The notes: a model not told the origin generated them from the letters alone. Shown: positions 29,374 to 40,221, numbered from the stretch's first letter. The stretch is DNA of 64,000 nucleotides from Methanobacteriota archaeon (GCA_018650285.1 JABIGF010000001.1:34072-98071); one strand, 5' to 3'. Numbers and translations: made by a program.

Positions 29374-30510
29374 TTAATTGATGAATTCAAGACTACGATT
29401 GCGCATTGACTGCATTTGTTGGTGTGCTGTAGCGCCAAAAATTTGTTGACTCTTGACACCCGTTAAAACTAGCAATACTCGCAATTCGTTGCCCATATCG
29501 GGGTCAACAGTAGCACCCCAAATGATGCGTGCATAAGGGTTGATTCTCTCTCGTATTTCTTGGGCACAACGTTCTGCTTCTCCCAGTGTAAGGGATGGAC
29601 CGCCGACAACATTCACAAGTGCGCCGCGAGCGTCTGAAACATCGATGTCCAATAGTGGAGACGAAAGCGCTTGACTGGTTGCATCAACTGCTCGGTCAGT
29701 TCCAGTGCCTTCTCCTAGACCAATCATTGCCATTCCACCGCCATTGAGCATGACACTTCGTAGGTCTTCAAAGTCAAGATTGACCAAACCTTCCTTGGTG
29801 ATCATTTCAGTGACGCCAGCGATTGAACGCATGAGAAGTTCATCAGCAACACGGAACGCTGCTTCAATTGGTAAATCTTTGACACCTTCAACCTCGAGTA
29901 ATTTTTCATTTGGTAGAACTACGACAGTGTCGCAAACTTCGCGTAATCTCTCTAATCCCCATTCCGCATTTTGCCGGCGTAATGTTCCTTCAGATGCAAA
30001 TGGATAGGTAACTACTGCGATAGTAAGTGCACCAGCCGCTTTTGCTAATCTAGCCATGACATGGGCTGAACCAGTTCCAGTTCCGCCGCCAAGTCCGGCA
30101 GTGACGAAAGCTAGGTCACAATCATCAACAATGTTGTTGAGAGTTCTTTCGGATTCGTATGCTGCTTTCTCACCTTTCTCAGGGTCTCCACCAGCACCGC
30201 GGCCACGGGCAGTTCGTCCAATCAGAATTTTTGTTTCAATATTGGAACGAAGCAAATGTTGTGCGTCCGTGTTAACAGCGTAGCCAGAAATATGGTCGCC
30301 TTTGAGCAATCCTTCATCATGAAGCCGTTGAACGGTGTTACAACCACACCCTCCGCATCCAAATACACGGATACGTGGGGCTAAACTAGCGAGCAATTCC
30401 ACCAATTCTTCGTCACCAGGAGTGATTTTGGCATCAAAATCTTCACTTTCATCTTCAGCGACAATTTCGCTTTCTTGCAATTCTAAAACGCGGTCAATCA
30501 AATGGCGCAT
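29374..30510 (-). CDS. ftsZ: Cell division protein FtsZ
   Basis: GCGGCGCN, NTDAQHL, GAGGDP, GLGGGTGTG, NLDFED. Confidence 0.97.
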   Translation of the reverse strand: MRHLIDRVLELQESEIVAEDESEDFDAKITPGDEELVELLASLAPRIRVFGCGGCGCNTVQRLHDEGLLKGDHISGYAVNTDAQHLLRSNIETKILIGRTARGRGAGGDPEKGEKAAYESERTLNNIVDDCDLAFVTAGLGGGTGTGSAHVMARLAKAAGALTIAVVTYPFASEGTLRRQNAEWGLERLREVCDTVVVLPNEKLLEVEGVKDLPIEAAFRVADELLMRSIAGVTEMITKEGLVNLDFEDLRSVMLNGGGMAMIGLGEGTGTDRAVDATSQALSSPLLDIDVSDARGALVNVVGGPSLTLGEAERCAQEIRERINPYARIIWGATVDPDMGNELRVLLVLTGVKSQQIFGATAHQQMQSMRNRSLEFIN

Positions 30511-30670
30511 ATGGCTAGCCTCACTAAAGCCGCCTTAACCTTGACGATGGCAATGGGAGGCTTGGAGCGGGTTATCGCACCCATCCGCAATAGCCGAAAA
30601 GGAGAATCTCCTCCCTTAGGGAGGACAAATAGCCCGAAGTTCAAAGTGCAAGGGGTTGTCTGTCGGGCTG

Positions 30671-33600
30671 ATGAAGTACAAGCCAATGTTGTTAGTGATT
30701 ATTTTTTTAACCGCTTCTTTGCAGGTTTTTGCAGCACCTGAAAGCGTGCTTGAAGAAGAATCACCTATTGCTAGTACTAGTGCTAGTCAATGGGAAATGG
30801 CAGATGGGCCAGAAATACAATCGGGATGGTCTCCAAATGTATGGCAACCAGATTCAAAAAGTGCATTTTGGGAGATGGATTTTAGCCCTGATGGCAGCAA
30901 ATTAGCGGCTGTTGAAATATCTGATAACCGCCTTTTTGTTTGGAATGTTGACGACGGAAGAGTTCTATTGTGGATACACCATGATGCGGCAATTGTCGAT
31001 GTAGTTTGGCTATCAAACGAGTGGGTGCTTGTAGCAGATGGAGGAATCAATTGGTATTCATATCAAGTGATGGACAATGGTACATCATCCCCTCAATCCT
31101 CTACATTGATGCGCTCTGGACAATGGACTGATTCACTTACTGGAACTTATCCAGGGTGGTTATGGGGTTTAGACGCTTCTGTAAACAACTCAAAAGTAGC
31201 ATTTTGTGGAGATATTGACCAGATGAATATGGGTGGCGAAGTGGTTGTTGCTAACCTAAATCACTTCATTGACGGCTCGCCGGCAAATGCCCAACACTTT
31301 TTCCCACAATATTGGGTTACTGATTGTGCAATTTCTCCCAATGGTGGCACGGTAGCTGCCTTGGGTCGAAATGTGACCTACTACCCTGATGGGAATGTCA
31401 CTTATCGTGATGTAGTCTATGGTGTTGAAGTAGCAACTGGTGCTCTCTCTTGGAGTCGTTTTGTAGGCGGCGACAATTCTTCAGCATGGGCTGTTACTTG
31501 GGAGCCTGGTGGTGGCAGTTACACTGTTGGATATAATCACCCAAAACCAAGCCAACCATCTGTTTGGGAAGGTGTTGTTACGGCTTTTGCAGAGGTCGAT
31601 GGGTCAATTTTTTGGTATTCAACAATTCCTCAGAATTTGAGTAGTATACGTTGGTTACCAGATGGCTCATATCTAGGGGTTGGATTGTATGACCCCGGTA
31701 GAATATCATTCATCAATACAGCGGGCCAGATTCAAACAGATTTTGGTTGGCATTCGGTTCGTTCAGGTTCAACAACAATTCCAGAAGATGTTACCGCTGT
31801 TGCAACAACTACTATTCCAGCAACAACAACAGCAAACCAATTGATGGCATCGGCAGGAAAAGATGGTGGAATTGAGATTTGGAATATTGATGTTTCAACT
31901 TTTGAAATAGTCCCATATCGAAGATTTGGGCCCTCTATAATGAGAGAAATTGCAGTTCACCCTAACCAAGATTTAGTAGCGATTGCTGAATCATCAGGTG
32001 TTCTAACAGTTCGCTCAGGAATCAATGGTTCAATTGTTTCACAATGTTTCCACCCTGAATTTGGTCAGTTAGTCTATGAGATTCCATTTGCAAAATCTGT
32101 CGAATGGATGAATGGTGAAGCGGTAGCTGGATTTAGTGATGGAGTAATATTTTCATGCAACGAATTTAATAAATTCTCTTGGACTTTTGATTTAAGAAAT
32201 TTTCAGACAGTTGGCTCTTTCGGTAGAGTTGCAGTCCAACCCAACAGCAATCACATTGCAATTTCTTGGTCGTCAAATACAACGAATAACACACGTGATG
32301 GACATGTGGCAATTATTGACCCTATGTCGGGCCAATTTTTCAAAGAGTGGCAATATGCCGAAACTCATTGGACATTAGATTTCAATGACTTTGGTACAAA
32401 ATTAGCTTCAGTTGGTCAATCTGGTGGGGTCAGATTATGGAATACTAGCGATCCGAACCCAGCAAATTGGATAGACGATGGCTCACCATATTCTCACACC
32501 GGCTATGTTGGCGTTACACAATGGATGCCTGGTGCAGATTTATTGGTCACAGCCGGCTGGGACAAACAACTCATTTTTTGGGATGTTCAATCACAAATGT
32601 CGATGATGCAATTAACATTGCAATACGAAGCATTTGCTTTTGCTGACTTGATGGCTCAAGGACTTGCAGTTGTTGCAACCGGAGATTCATCAACATCTCA
32701 AGTTGGTCAATTAGAGTTTTATGATATTCAAAATAGTACTCTTGACTCAACATATCAACTGAATCATATTCCTCGTGGATTGGGTGTTCTTCCCATTGAA
32801 CAATCTTTGGTTGTGGTGAACCATACTGGTACTCTTCTAATCCTCAAGAAGGATGCGGATGGAGATGGCTGGGCGGATGATGTAGACGCCCTCCCCAATG
32901 ACCCTACTCAACATTTGGATAACGATGGGGATGGATGGGGTGATGACCAGACTCAAGTTACAGGAGATGCTTGCATCTCAATTCAAGGCACTAGTCATGA
33001 AGATAGAAATGGCTGCCCTGATAGCGATGGAGATGGTTACAGCGATGCTGATGCAACTTGGCTCGCTCACCCTGTAGGAAATGCAGATGCCTTCCCGAGC
33101 AACCCCTCACAATGGCGAGATAGTGATGGTGATGGATATGGTGATATCTATTCATATTCTGTTGACGCACAAGGCCTTCGCACAGGTGAAGTAGGAGATG
33201 CATTCGCTAATGATGGTGCACAATATCGTGATTTAGATGGTGATGGTTGTGGTGACAATTATTCTTACGGCGATGATAACGGAATGAGAATTAATGAAGC
33301 CGGTGATGCATTTATTTCAGATCCTACTCAGTGCAACGATTTTGATGGTGATGGATATGGTGATAATTACACCTATGTGAATAATTTTAATGGATTGCGT
33401 GAAGAGAATGGCGACGCATTTCCAACAGATTATCTTGCTTGGTCAGATGTTGATGGTGATGGTTGTCCAACAAATTCTGCTACCGGATTAACGATTGACC
33501 TTTATCCAACAGATGGCCAATATTGTGATGAAGATTTACCATTTTGGTTGCCTATTAATTTACAGACAGTAATTACCAACGGCGTAAATCTTTGGAATAT

Positions 33601-34333
33601 TCAGATGTCTTGGGACTCTGCCGCAAATAATACAGACATGCTTCGTTTGGAAGTGGCTTTGAGTAATAATACAACAATGCCAATAGATGATGAATACACA
33701 ACATTGCAAGTATGGACTACAATCGGTGCGGTAAGCGAGGACGTTTCTGTAGACCCTGTGGAGGGTAACGAAATTCTTCATCTACGATTTACAGCTATCC
33801 CTGATGATGGCGCATTATTAAGTAGAAATTGGTCTGCAGTATGGGTTGCAAATGAAACAGAAATCGTGGATAATTCTTCAAATGATAATTCTTCAAATGA
33901 TAATTCTTCAAATAACGACTCGGATGGTGATGGAGTAATAGATTCTGAAGATAACTGTCCAAATGATTTTGGCACACCAGAAAATTATGGTTGTGTTTCT
34001 AATACATCTAATCAGACAGGAAGTGACGAAAATAATGATGAATTTGGTGAAACATCGTCATTGTGGTATGTTGGAATTGGAATTGGTTTGTTTATCGTTG
34101 TGATTCTTGGATTTATGGGTATTCGATACAATCGTAAGACAGACACTATCGCAGAAGGCGTCTATACCATGGGTCAAGCAAGTCATGCCCCTCCATCAAT
34201 ACCCCCTACACCAATAATGCACCCACCATGCAAGGATTGTGGCGGTTTTGTTCAAGAGGTAATCAATCAAAATGATCGTTGGACATGGTGCCCTTCGTGT
34301 CGTGAATGGCAAGAGTTCCTTGGTAAGAGTTAA
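30671..34333 (+). CDS. Large surface protein: WD40 propellers, thrombospondin type-3 Ca-binding repeats, TM anchor, cytoplasmic zinc ribbon
   Basis: Signal peptide; FSPDGSKLA and AGWDKQLIFWD repeats; many DxDGDGxGD and DAFP repeats; TM; CKDC...WCPSC. Confidence 0.8.
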   Translation: MKYKPMLLVIIFLTASLQVFAAPESVLEEESPIASTSASQWEMADGPEIQSGWSPNVWQPDSKSAFWEMDFSPDGSKLAAVEISDNRLFVWNVDDGRVLLWIHHDAAIVDVVWLSNEWVLVADGGINWYSYQVMDNGTSSPQSSTLMRSGQWTDSLTGTYPGWLWGLDASVNNSKVAFCGDIDQMNMGGEVVVANLNHFIDGSPANAQHFFPQYWVTDCAISPNGGTVAALGRNVTYYPDGNVTYRDVVYGVEVATGALSWSRFVGGDNSSAWAVTWEPGGGSYTVGYNHPKPSQPSVWEGVVTAFAEVDGSIFWYSTIPQNLSSIRWLPDGSYLGVGLYDPGRISFINTAGQIQTDFGWHSVRSGSTTIPEDVTAVATTTIPATTTANQLMASAGKDGGIEIWNIDVSTFEIVPYRRFGPSIMREIAVHPNQDLVAIAESSGVLTVRSGINGSIVSQCFHPEFGQLVYEIPFAKSVEWMNGEAVAGFSDGVIFSCNEFNKFSWTFDLRNFQTVGSFGRVAVQPNSNHIAISWSSNTTNNTRDGHVAIIDPMSGQFFKEWQYAETHWTLDFNDFGTKLASVGQSGGVRLWNTSDPNPANWIDDGSPYSHTGYVGVTQWMPGADLLVTAGWDKQLIFWDVQSQMSMMQLTLQYEAFAFADLMAQGLAVVATGDSSTSQVGQLEFYDIQNSTLDSTYQLNHIPRGLGVLPIEQSLVVVNHTGTLLILKKDADGDGWADDVDALPNDPTQHLDNDGDGWGDDQTQVTGDACISIQGTSHEDRNGCPDSDGDGYSDADATWLAHPVGNADAFPSNPSQWRDSDGDGYGDIYSYSVDAQGLRTGEVGDAFANDGAQYRDLDGDGCGDNYSYGDDNGMRINEAGDAFISDPTQCNDFDGDGYGDNYTYVNNFNGLREENGDAFPTDYLAWSDVDGDGCPTNSATGLTIDLYPTDGQYCDEDLPFWLPINLQTVITNGVNLWNIQMSWDSAANNTDMLRLEVALSNNTTMPIDDEYTTLQVWTTIGAVSEDVSVDPVEGNEILHLRFTAIPDDGALLSRNWSAVWVANETEIVDNSSNDNSSNDNSSNNDSDGDGVIDSEDNCPNDFGTPENYGCVSNTSNQTGSDENNDEFGETSSLWYVGIGIGLFIVVILGFMGIRYNRKTDTIAEGVYTMGQASHAPPSIPPTPIMHPPCKDCGGFVQEVINQNDRWTWCPSCREWQEFLGKS
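33869..33913 (+). repeat. Perfect 15-bp tandem repeat x3 (GATAATTCTTCAAAT; DNSSN)
   Basis: Read directly from the sequence. Confidence 0.9.
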
Positions 34334-34354
34334 CCAACGTAGATTGAGGGCAAA

Positions 34355-35140
34355 TCAGCGGCTTGATTGAGAATATTCATGGTAATCAACTACTGGTTGA
34401 AGTGAATCGATAGCAGTTTGAAGGCGAGCATTAGCGGCTTGTTCGCCGCTTTCAATTGCAGCGATTTGCTTTTGGAGAGATTGCAGGCGTTCATTCAAAC
34501 TACTTGCTATTGCGTGATTCAATCCTGATGTTGGTTGAATCCATCTTTGGATACATGTTACAATTTTGTCAACCGAAGTTGTCATACCATTATTAGAAAT
34601 GAGAATGAATTCATTATTTTCTCTGTTCACAGGGCCGACTTTAGTCAACGCTGCAACCAATTTTTTGGCAACCTTTCCGGCCTTTTTCAGTGAACCTTTG
34701 CAGACTTCATATGCTTCAATAGATAGGACATGTGCTTCAACGTGGCCTTGTTTTGCTGGCATTGAAAAATTGTTGAGAGCCTTTTTCAAGTTTCCAAGTT
34801 GAATATGTATGCGGCCTATTTGCATACAATCTTCAATGATAATTTTTGCATCTGCATCATTGCCAACAACCTTTTCTTTTACTTTCATTTTTCGAAGGGT
34901 TGAGGATTCAGTTCCTAATTTTTTGGCGGCCTTTAAACTCAATTTCCATTTATTCCGAATTTCAAGAATGTTGGCATAGTCACGAAGTGCGAGTACTAGG
35001 ATTTCTTGGCGTTGTAGCGTCCTTTTCTTTTCTGAAAGAAGCATTGTAGTCAATTCATCAACCATGTGTTCAGCAATTTCAAGGCGGCCGTCGGTGACAT
35101 AATTGCGCAATTGATTGAGCACCTTTACGGGGTCGTCCAT
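34355..35140 (-). CDS. Hypothetical helical (TPR-like) protein
   Basis: IGRIHIQLGNLKKALNNF-type helix pair. Confidence 0.55.
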   Translation of the reverse strand: MDDPVKVLNQLRNYVTDGRLEIAEHMVDELTTMLLSEKKRTLQRQEILVLALRDYANILEIRNKWKLSLKAAKKLGTESSTLRKMKVKEKVVGNDADAKIIIEDCMQIGRIHIQLGNLKKALNNFSMPAKQGHVEAHVLSIEAYEVCKGSLKKAGKVAKKLVAALTKVGPVNRENNEFILISNNGMTTSVDKIVTCIQRWIQPTSGLNHAIASSLNERLQSLQKQIAAIESGEQAANARLQTAIDSLQPVVDYHEYSQSSR

Positions 35141-35264
35141 GCCAAACAGTGTCCCACCTCATCATGTGAGAGAGGGGCATCACGCATTACCGCTCCTATT
35201 GTTCGTCTCTCTCTTCAAGGTATGCAAGCAGCAATTTAATCAACAAACAAAGAGTAGTAAAAAA

Positions 35265-38200
35265 TCAACTCTTGCGCTTAACAGCTCTTCGTTTTGCAGC
35301 CTTCTTTGGACGGCGCTTCTTTTCTTTCTTCTTTGGCGCATCATCTTCATCGTCGCCCCATTCATCATCGGAATCGTCGTCATCATCAAAATCGTCGTCA
35401 TCAACTTCTTCAACAACATCTTTTGATTTCTTGCGGCGCTTCTTTTCAGTGGTATCGGTTGCGAATGGGTCGCCTTCATCATCTAATTGCTTTGTTTCCT
35501 TTGGCTTTGATTCAAGTTCAGCGAGGCCAGCATCTGCAGCATCTGCAGAACCAGCATCACCGCCCATGAATTCCATCATCCACTCGTCGTCTTCGTCGTA
35601 ATCTTCATCTCCACCCTTTTTCTTCTTAGATGGGTCTTGAGCAGCAAATACTCCCATTGTGATGGCGAGTAGTAATAGAAGCAGATTGAAGGCTACAACT
35701 GCAAGGATGATGATGTAGGGAGGGCTAGTCAATGTTATTGCTGCGGCTGTTTCCTCTTCTTCTGTAGTAAATGGCGAGTCGCCACTTGCACAGAGAGTTA
35801 GTCCACTCAGATTCTCAAAACAGTGGTCCACATAGAATGATGTAGTGAACGATTTTTGATTTCCAGCAGTATCGATTGCTACGATTTCAACACGGTGATC
35901 GCCTGGCCACTCAAAGGTTGATGCCGGTTCTTTCATGCTGAAAACAATAGTATTTTCTGGAGCATCATTTGGAGTGATGTCTGTCACATTTTCCCATTCA
36001 AATTCAGTTCTAATGAATTCTCCAAAATGGGTGAAACGGTACTTTACTTGAAGGAGTGCCACATCATCACTAACAACTCCATGAACTGTGATTTCATCCC
36101 CGTAGAGATACTTACTTTCGTAGGACGGAGAGAATAACTCAATGGTTGGTGATTCAGCATCTATCGACCAATTGATTATTGTTACATCTTGCGAATTACC
36201 GACCATATCTATCAGATTCGCTGTGACTGAAAGGTTCGTAGTATCCATGCCGGCAGGGATAGGGAAATCCCATACATAGTGAGTATTAGAACTAAGGAAT
36301 GGTGTAGCGCGAGTAATTTCGCTCTCTGGGGTGAAGGTTGTTCCAACTCCCAAATCTACATTGTAATCATCTGAAGAAACATGTATCAGAGGGAACTCTT
36401 GAAGTGGTTCATTACTGTAAATATGTAATCTGTAATCGCCACTCATCAAAGCGCCTTCACTCATTTCATCTAGACCTGATTGTGCGATAGTAATTTCAGC
36501 ATCAGGCGCTGTTGTATCTTCATGAACATACCAAGCATTTGAGCGATTAGTAAGAGAGTCTCGTGAGTTGCCCCAAATATCTGCAATTGTAAGTGCATAC
36601 CAAGTGTATCGATTCAATCCCTCTTCTAAGTATATTTCACGTAATACAGTGGTTTCTGCAGAGTGTGCTTCATAATTTTCTATTTGAATTTCCCACCCTG
36701 CACTATCAGAAATATTTCCTGTTTCATTGTTAGTGAAAGGAGTTCCTAAGTGGCGCCAAATGGTATAGGTCTCATTCTCTTCAGCAAGAGAATTCATCCA
36801 CGAAAGAAGCACCGTCTTTTGGCTACCTTGAAGCATTGGTTGAGCGAGTTGAATTGGTGCTGGTGCAAGTGTATCTTCACGTACAGGCAAGATCACACAG
36901 TTTTGCTGGAAACGTGTATCTTCATAGGTAGCATTCAAGTGATTGTAGCGAGTTACTGAAGTAATACAGTAGTAAGAGAGCACGTCTTTTGCATCTTCCA
37001 CAGGCACGATTACGGTTTGAACGCCGTCTGGCACAGTTGCAACTAGAGTTGCTTCTAATGATAGATTACTTGATGCGGATAGTCTTGTCCATGAATGCCA
37101 GATATGGTAGTATTCACCTTCTGCACCCATTTGGTCAGACCAAGTGACTTCGGTTTGTGCATTCTCAATATATTCTGCTTGTACATTAGTTGGTTCAGCA
37201 ACCCATGGGTCAAATGCGTTTTCCATGATTGGTCCGGCAATTGCAGATGGTAGTACAGATGCGTTATGGTTACCACGGGAATCAGATGCTGTGACGGCAT
37301 AGTAAGCGTATCCGAGGGTTCCTCTTTCAACTTCGTATCGGTACTCGCCAACTCCAGTTTGGATCGCCGCGATGTGTTCTACGGATGGGTTGGTGGTATT
37401 ATTGAAAGGACTACCAGATCTCCAAATGTGATAGACCGCATTACTCTCACCTGAAATATCAGTCCACGCTATTGTGGTGTTTCCAGTTCCACCACTAGAC
37501 TCAGCGATGAATGATGCAATGACACCTTCTACATCCAATGGTGCGACATTGTCTTCTTTGACAGGAAATTCTTCATCCATGGTATTGACGCCACCGATGA
37601 AGCGAGCATCTTCGTAACTGAGATATTCGTAAGTCACAGAGTAGTAAGCATCAACGTCAGTGTTTGGGGGAACATCAAAAGAAGTTGTTGAAACGCCAGC
37701 GGGTTCTATAGCTACGAGTTGTTTATCCATTGCTGGCCAAGTGATTCTAGATGCGGGGTTAAGGTGGCGGTATATTTTCGAGACATAGGCATTTGGCCCA
37801 GTTTCAAGCAGTGTTCCTGGTTGTAATTGATTGAGGTTAATCCAATCAATTTTGGTTTTGCTTGTTTCAGGGAAGAAAGTGGCATTCACCGAAAATGGTG
37901 CGGTTATGTCGTGAGTGAATTCCATGATAGGTTGTCCCGTTTGTGAAACATCCATTTCCATAAATGCTCTAATTGAACCATCATCTAATTGTGTTGCAAT
38001 ACCGTAGAAAAATGTGCCATTAACTCCTGGTGGGAGAGGATGGGTGATGGAATGTTGTTGGCTAGGGCAGGTGACAACATTTCCAGTACAGGCAGAAATA
38101 TTTGCGATGTATGGGATTGTACCATTTTCAATAATGCTCATATTCATTTGAGCATCACTGCGATAAACCAAGTAACGACTTGCCTGCAACATTTGTGCGA

Positions 38201-38387
38201 TAGTTAGATTTTGAGTACCAATATTCTCCCACATAATATCGGTGGATTCTGAATATTGGTTAAATTGGGCTGCGATATTTTGTGCTTGCATATCGGTGGG
38301 TGACGATTGATCTGCGGCTACTGCAGGAACCAAAGGTGCCAATGACATCATTAGCAAAATAGCAGTGAGTAGTAGTGTTTTTCCCAT
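35265..38387 (-). CDS. Large surface protein with FN3/Ig-like repeats, TM anchor and charged tail
   Basis: Signal peptide; repeated TxIxW / YxIWR / YYxVT / EDxxAP units; TM; D/E- then K/R-rich tail. Confidence 0.75.
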   Translation of the reverse strand: MGKTLLLTAILLMMSLAPLVPAVAADQSSPTDMQAQNIAAQFNQYSESTDIMWENIGTQNLTIAQMLQASRYLVYRSDAQMNMSIIENGTIPYIANISACTGNVVTCPSQQHSITHPLPPGVNGTFFYGIATQLDDGSIRAFMEMDVSQTGQPIMEFTHDITAPFSVNATFFPETSKTKIDWINLNQLQPGTLLETGPNAYVSKIYRHLNPASRITWPAMDKQLVAIEPAGVSTTSFDVPPNTDVDAYYSVTYEYLSYEDARFIGGVNTMDEEFPVKEDNVAPLDVEGVIASFIAESSGGTGNTTIAWTDISGESNAVYHIWRSGSPFNNTTNPSVEHIAAIQTGVGEYRYEVERGTLGYAYYAVTASDSRGNHNASVLPSAIAGPIMENAFDPWVAEPTNVQAEYIENAQTEVTWSDQMGAEGEYYHIWHSWTRLSASSNLSLEATLVATVPDGVQTVIVPVEDAKDVLSYYCITSVTRYNHLNATYEDTRFQQNCVILPVREDTLAPAPIQLAQPMLQGSQKTVLLSWMNSLAEENETYTIWRHLGTPFTNNETGNISDSAGWEIQIENYEAHSAETTVLREIYLEEGLNRYTWYALTIADIWGNSRDSLTNRSNAWYVHEDTTAPDAEITIAQSGLDEMSEGALMSGDYRLHIYSNEPLQEFPLIHVSSDDYNVDLGVGTTFTPESEITRATPFLSSNTHYVWDFPIPAGMDTTNLSVTANLIDMVGNSQDVTIINWSIDAESPTIELFSPSYESKYLYGDEITVHGVVSDDVALLQVKYRFTHFGEFIRTEFEWENVTDITPNDAPENTIVFSMKEPASTFEWPGDHRVEIVAIDTAGNQKSFTTSFYVDHCFENLSGLTLCASGDSPFTTEEEETAAAITLTSPPYIIILAVVAFNLLLLLLAITMGVFAAQDPSKKKKGGDEDYDEDDEWMMEFMGGDAGSADAADAGLAELESKPKETKQLDDEGDPFATDTTEKKRRKKSKDVVEEVDDDDFDDDDDSDDEWGDDEDDAPKKKEKKRRPKKAAKRRAVKRKS

Positions 38388-38519
38388 CTGATTACAGCGC
38401 ACGCTCAATGCCTCCGTAGGGGTTGGTGGTAATGAAGCGGTTATGAGGCTGACGCAGAATGAGTGGCTAATGCGTCAAATCTGGGCGATAATAATTATCA
38501 TCATCGCCTTTATCGCCCC

Positions 38520-39188
38520 CTAAGGGGCGGTGCTATCCGAAAGTAATTCTTTACTAGCTGAAATAAATCGTGTCAAAAAGGTGTAAACACCACCAAGAAG
38601 TGTGATAACTAAAACAACCGTTAAAGCGTTGATTTTAACACCAAAAAAAGGTATTTCGCCATAATCTGATACACCTGAAAATGCTTGCCATGAAGCAACT
38701 AATGCACCTGCAAAAGTGACGATCATGCGGTCCGCCCTTCCAAAGCCACGATAGTTTCTCCCTAAGCCAACGGATTGTGCTTGTGTGCCCATGTACGAAC
38801 CCATCAAAGTTGCCAGACCCGCAATATAGCCTAAATGGGGGGTTGAAACCCATGAAACATTGATTCCAATAGCAACAATAATGCCAACATCAACAATTCT
38901 GTCAATCGTATGGTCAAGATAATCTCCATAAGCAGAATCTTTGCCATGTTTTCTTGCAATTTGACCATCAAGGCCATCACATAATGCTGCAAAAGCGTAT
39001 AGGATTGTTGCAATTAAGATATTCATACCGCCACTAGCATCTGCAGTAGCAGTAGCGAAAAGCCAAGCAGAAATTGCTGCAATAAAAAGACTGAACCAAG
39101 AAATATAGTTTGGATTTACCCAACCTAGTTTTGCTACAAATGGGTCTAGTAATGCTGTAATTCGAGGTCGGAGTTGGTCAAGCGCCAT
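38520..39188 (-). CDS. CDP-alcohol phosphatidyltransferase (archaetidylinositol-phosphate synthase-like)
   Basis: DGLDGQIAR...GDYLDHTIDR signature; PNYIS. Confidence 0.9.
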   Translation of the reverse strand: MALDQLRPRITALLDPFVAKLGWVNPNYISWFSLFIAAISAWLFATATADASGGMNILIATILYAFAALCDGLDGQIARKHGKDSAYGDYLDHTIDRIVDVGIIVAIGINVSWVSTPHLGYIAGLATLMGSYMGTQAQSVGLGRNYRGFGRADRMIVTFAGALVASWQAFSGVSDYGEIPFFGVKINALTVVLVITLLGGVYTFLTRFISASKELLSDSTAP

Positions 39189-39189
39189 G

Positions 39190-39792
39190 CTATTCACCGT
39201 GAAGGACTGCTATCCAGTCAATGCGCTGGTCTGGGGCTTTAGGCTTGAAACCATCTCTCATCCATGACTCAATTTGGGCAAAAAGTGACTCAGTGGTTGA
39301 TGCGGTTGAATCTAATTCCAAAATGGGAATGTCAGACCATTCATGAGAATCATTCCATGCGCTGCCGATTAGTTCCCACTCGACGTTTTCTTCAATTTTT
39401 GATTCGTGGTAGTCACGACCGCCCATGCGTATGCGAAGCGTGTCAGGGTGGCAACGGATAATGACAATGGCATCAACAGGGAGATGGTGAGAAAGGTGTC
39501 CATCTACCAAAATAATAGAATTCGGGGATTGAGTCCATTCTCTTCTCAGATCTTCTGCTAATGCATCTACATCTATTGGCTGTGCGCCGTCGTTTTCGTC
39601 AACGTCACCAAGATGGCCAAATTTTTTTGCTAGTTCTTTAACGGTTTGAATATTAAGATTCCAGTCGATTTTTTGAGAATGGTTAGCGGCGAAATCAGTG
39701 AGACTTGTTTTTCCACACCCTGGTGTGCCGGTGATGGCAATACGGCATGCGTTCAACCCGCTCATTGTTTGGGGGTTCGTTGTCTTAGTCAT
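39190..39792 (-). CDS. Atypical adenylate kinase (AK6/Fap7 family)
   Basis: ITGTPGCGKT, DGHLSH, RDY.ESKIEENVEWE. Start at 39792 or 39765. Confidence 0.88.
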   Translation of the reverse strand: MTKTTNPQTMSGLNACRIAITGTPGCGKTSLTDFAANHSQKIDWNLNIQTVKELAKKFGHLGDVDENDGAQPIDVDALAEDLRREWTQSPNSIILVDGHLSHHLPVDAIVIIRCHPDTLRIRMGGRDYHESKIEENVEWELIGSAWNDSHEWSDIPILELDSTASTTESLFAQIESWMRDGFKPKAPDQRIDWIAVLHGE

Positions 39793-39873
39793 CAAGGTGG
39801 TGGCGCTTTTGCAGAATATTGATGTGAATAGTTTATACGAAGAGACCTCACTACAATAATACAAGGAGACCTA

Positions 39874-40137
39874 ATGATGAAACCAACAACAGAAGCAACG
39901 GCGATTGTACTAATTGTCGCAGAACCTGGTAGAGAAACTGAAGTGTATAATGAATTGCAAGCAATATCGGAGGTTGCTGAACAGATGTTGCTGTTTGGTG
40001 AGTATGACTTGTATGTGAAGATAGTATGTGAGGACTATACTTTGCTTGGTAGTGTTGTAATAAACAGAATTAGGGCAATAGACGGTGTAGATTCGACCAA
40101 AACCTTGACTGCCGCCCCTATGATTAATTCACGATAA
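39874..40137 (+). CDS. Stand-alone Lrp/AsnC ligand-binding domain protein
   Basis: LFGEYDLYVKI, IRAIDGVDSTKTL; no HTH. Confidence 0.85.
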   Translation: MMKPTTEATAIVLIVAEPGRETEVYNELQAISEVAEQMLLFGEYDLYVKIVCEDYTLLGSVVINRIRAIDGVDSTKTLTAAPMINSR

Positions 40138-40221
40138 TAATAATTCAATTGCACAAAACACTAGTGTTGTTCGGTATTATTGGGCGCAGGTTTGACTTAG
40201 TATCAATTATTCGAACCGGTC

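Noticed and set aside
32850-33470. Recurrent GATGGTGATGG-like repeats as a possible CRISPR array
   Set aside because: They are degenerate, in frame, and encode DxDGDG TSP3 repeats; there is no fixed repeat-spacer period and no cas gene.
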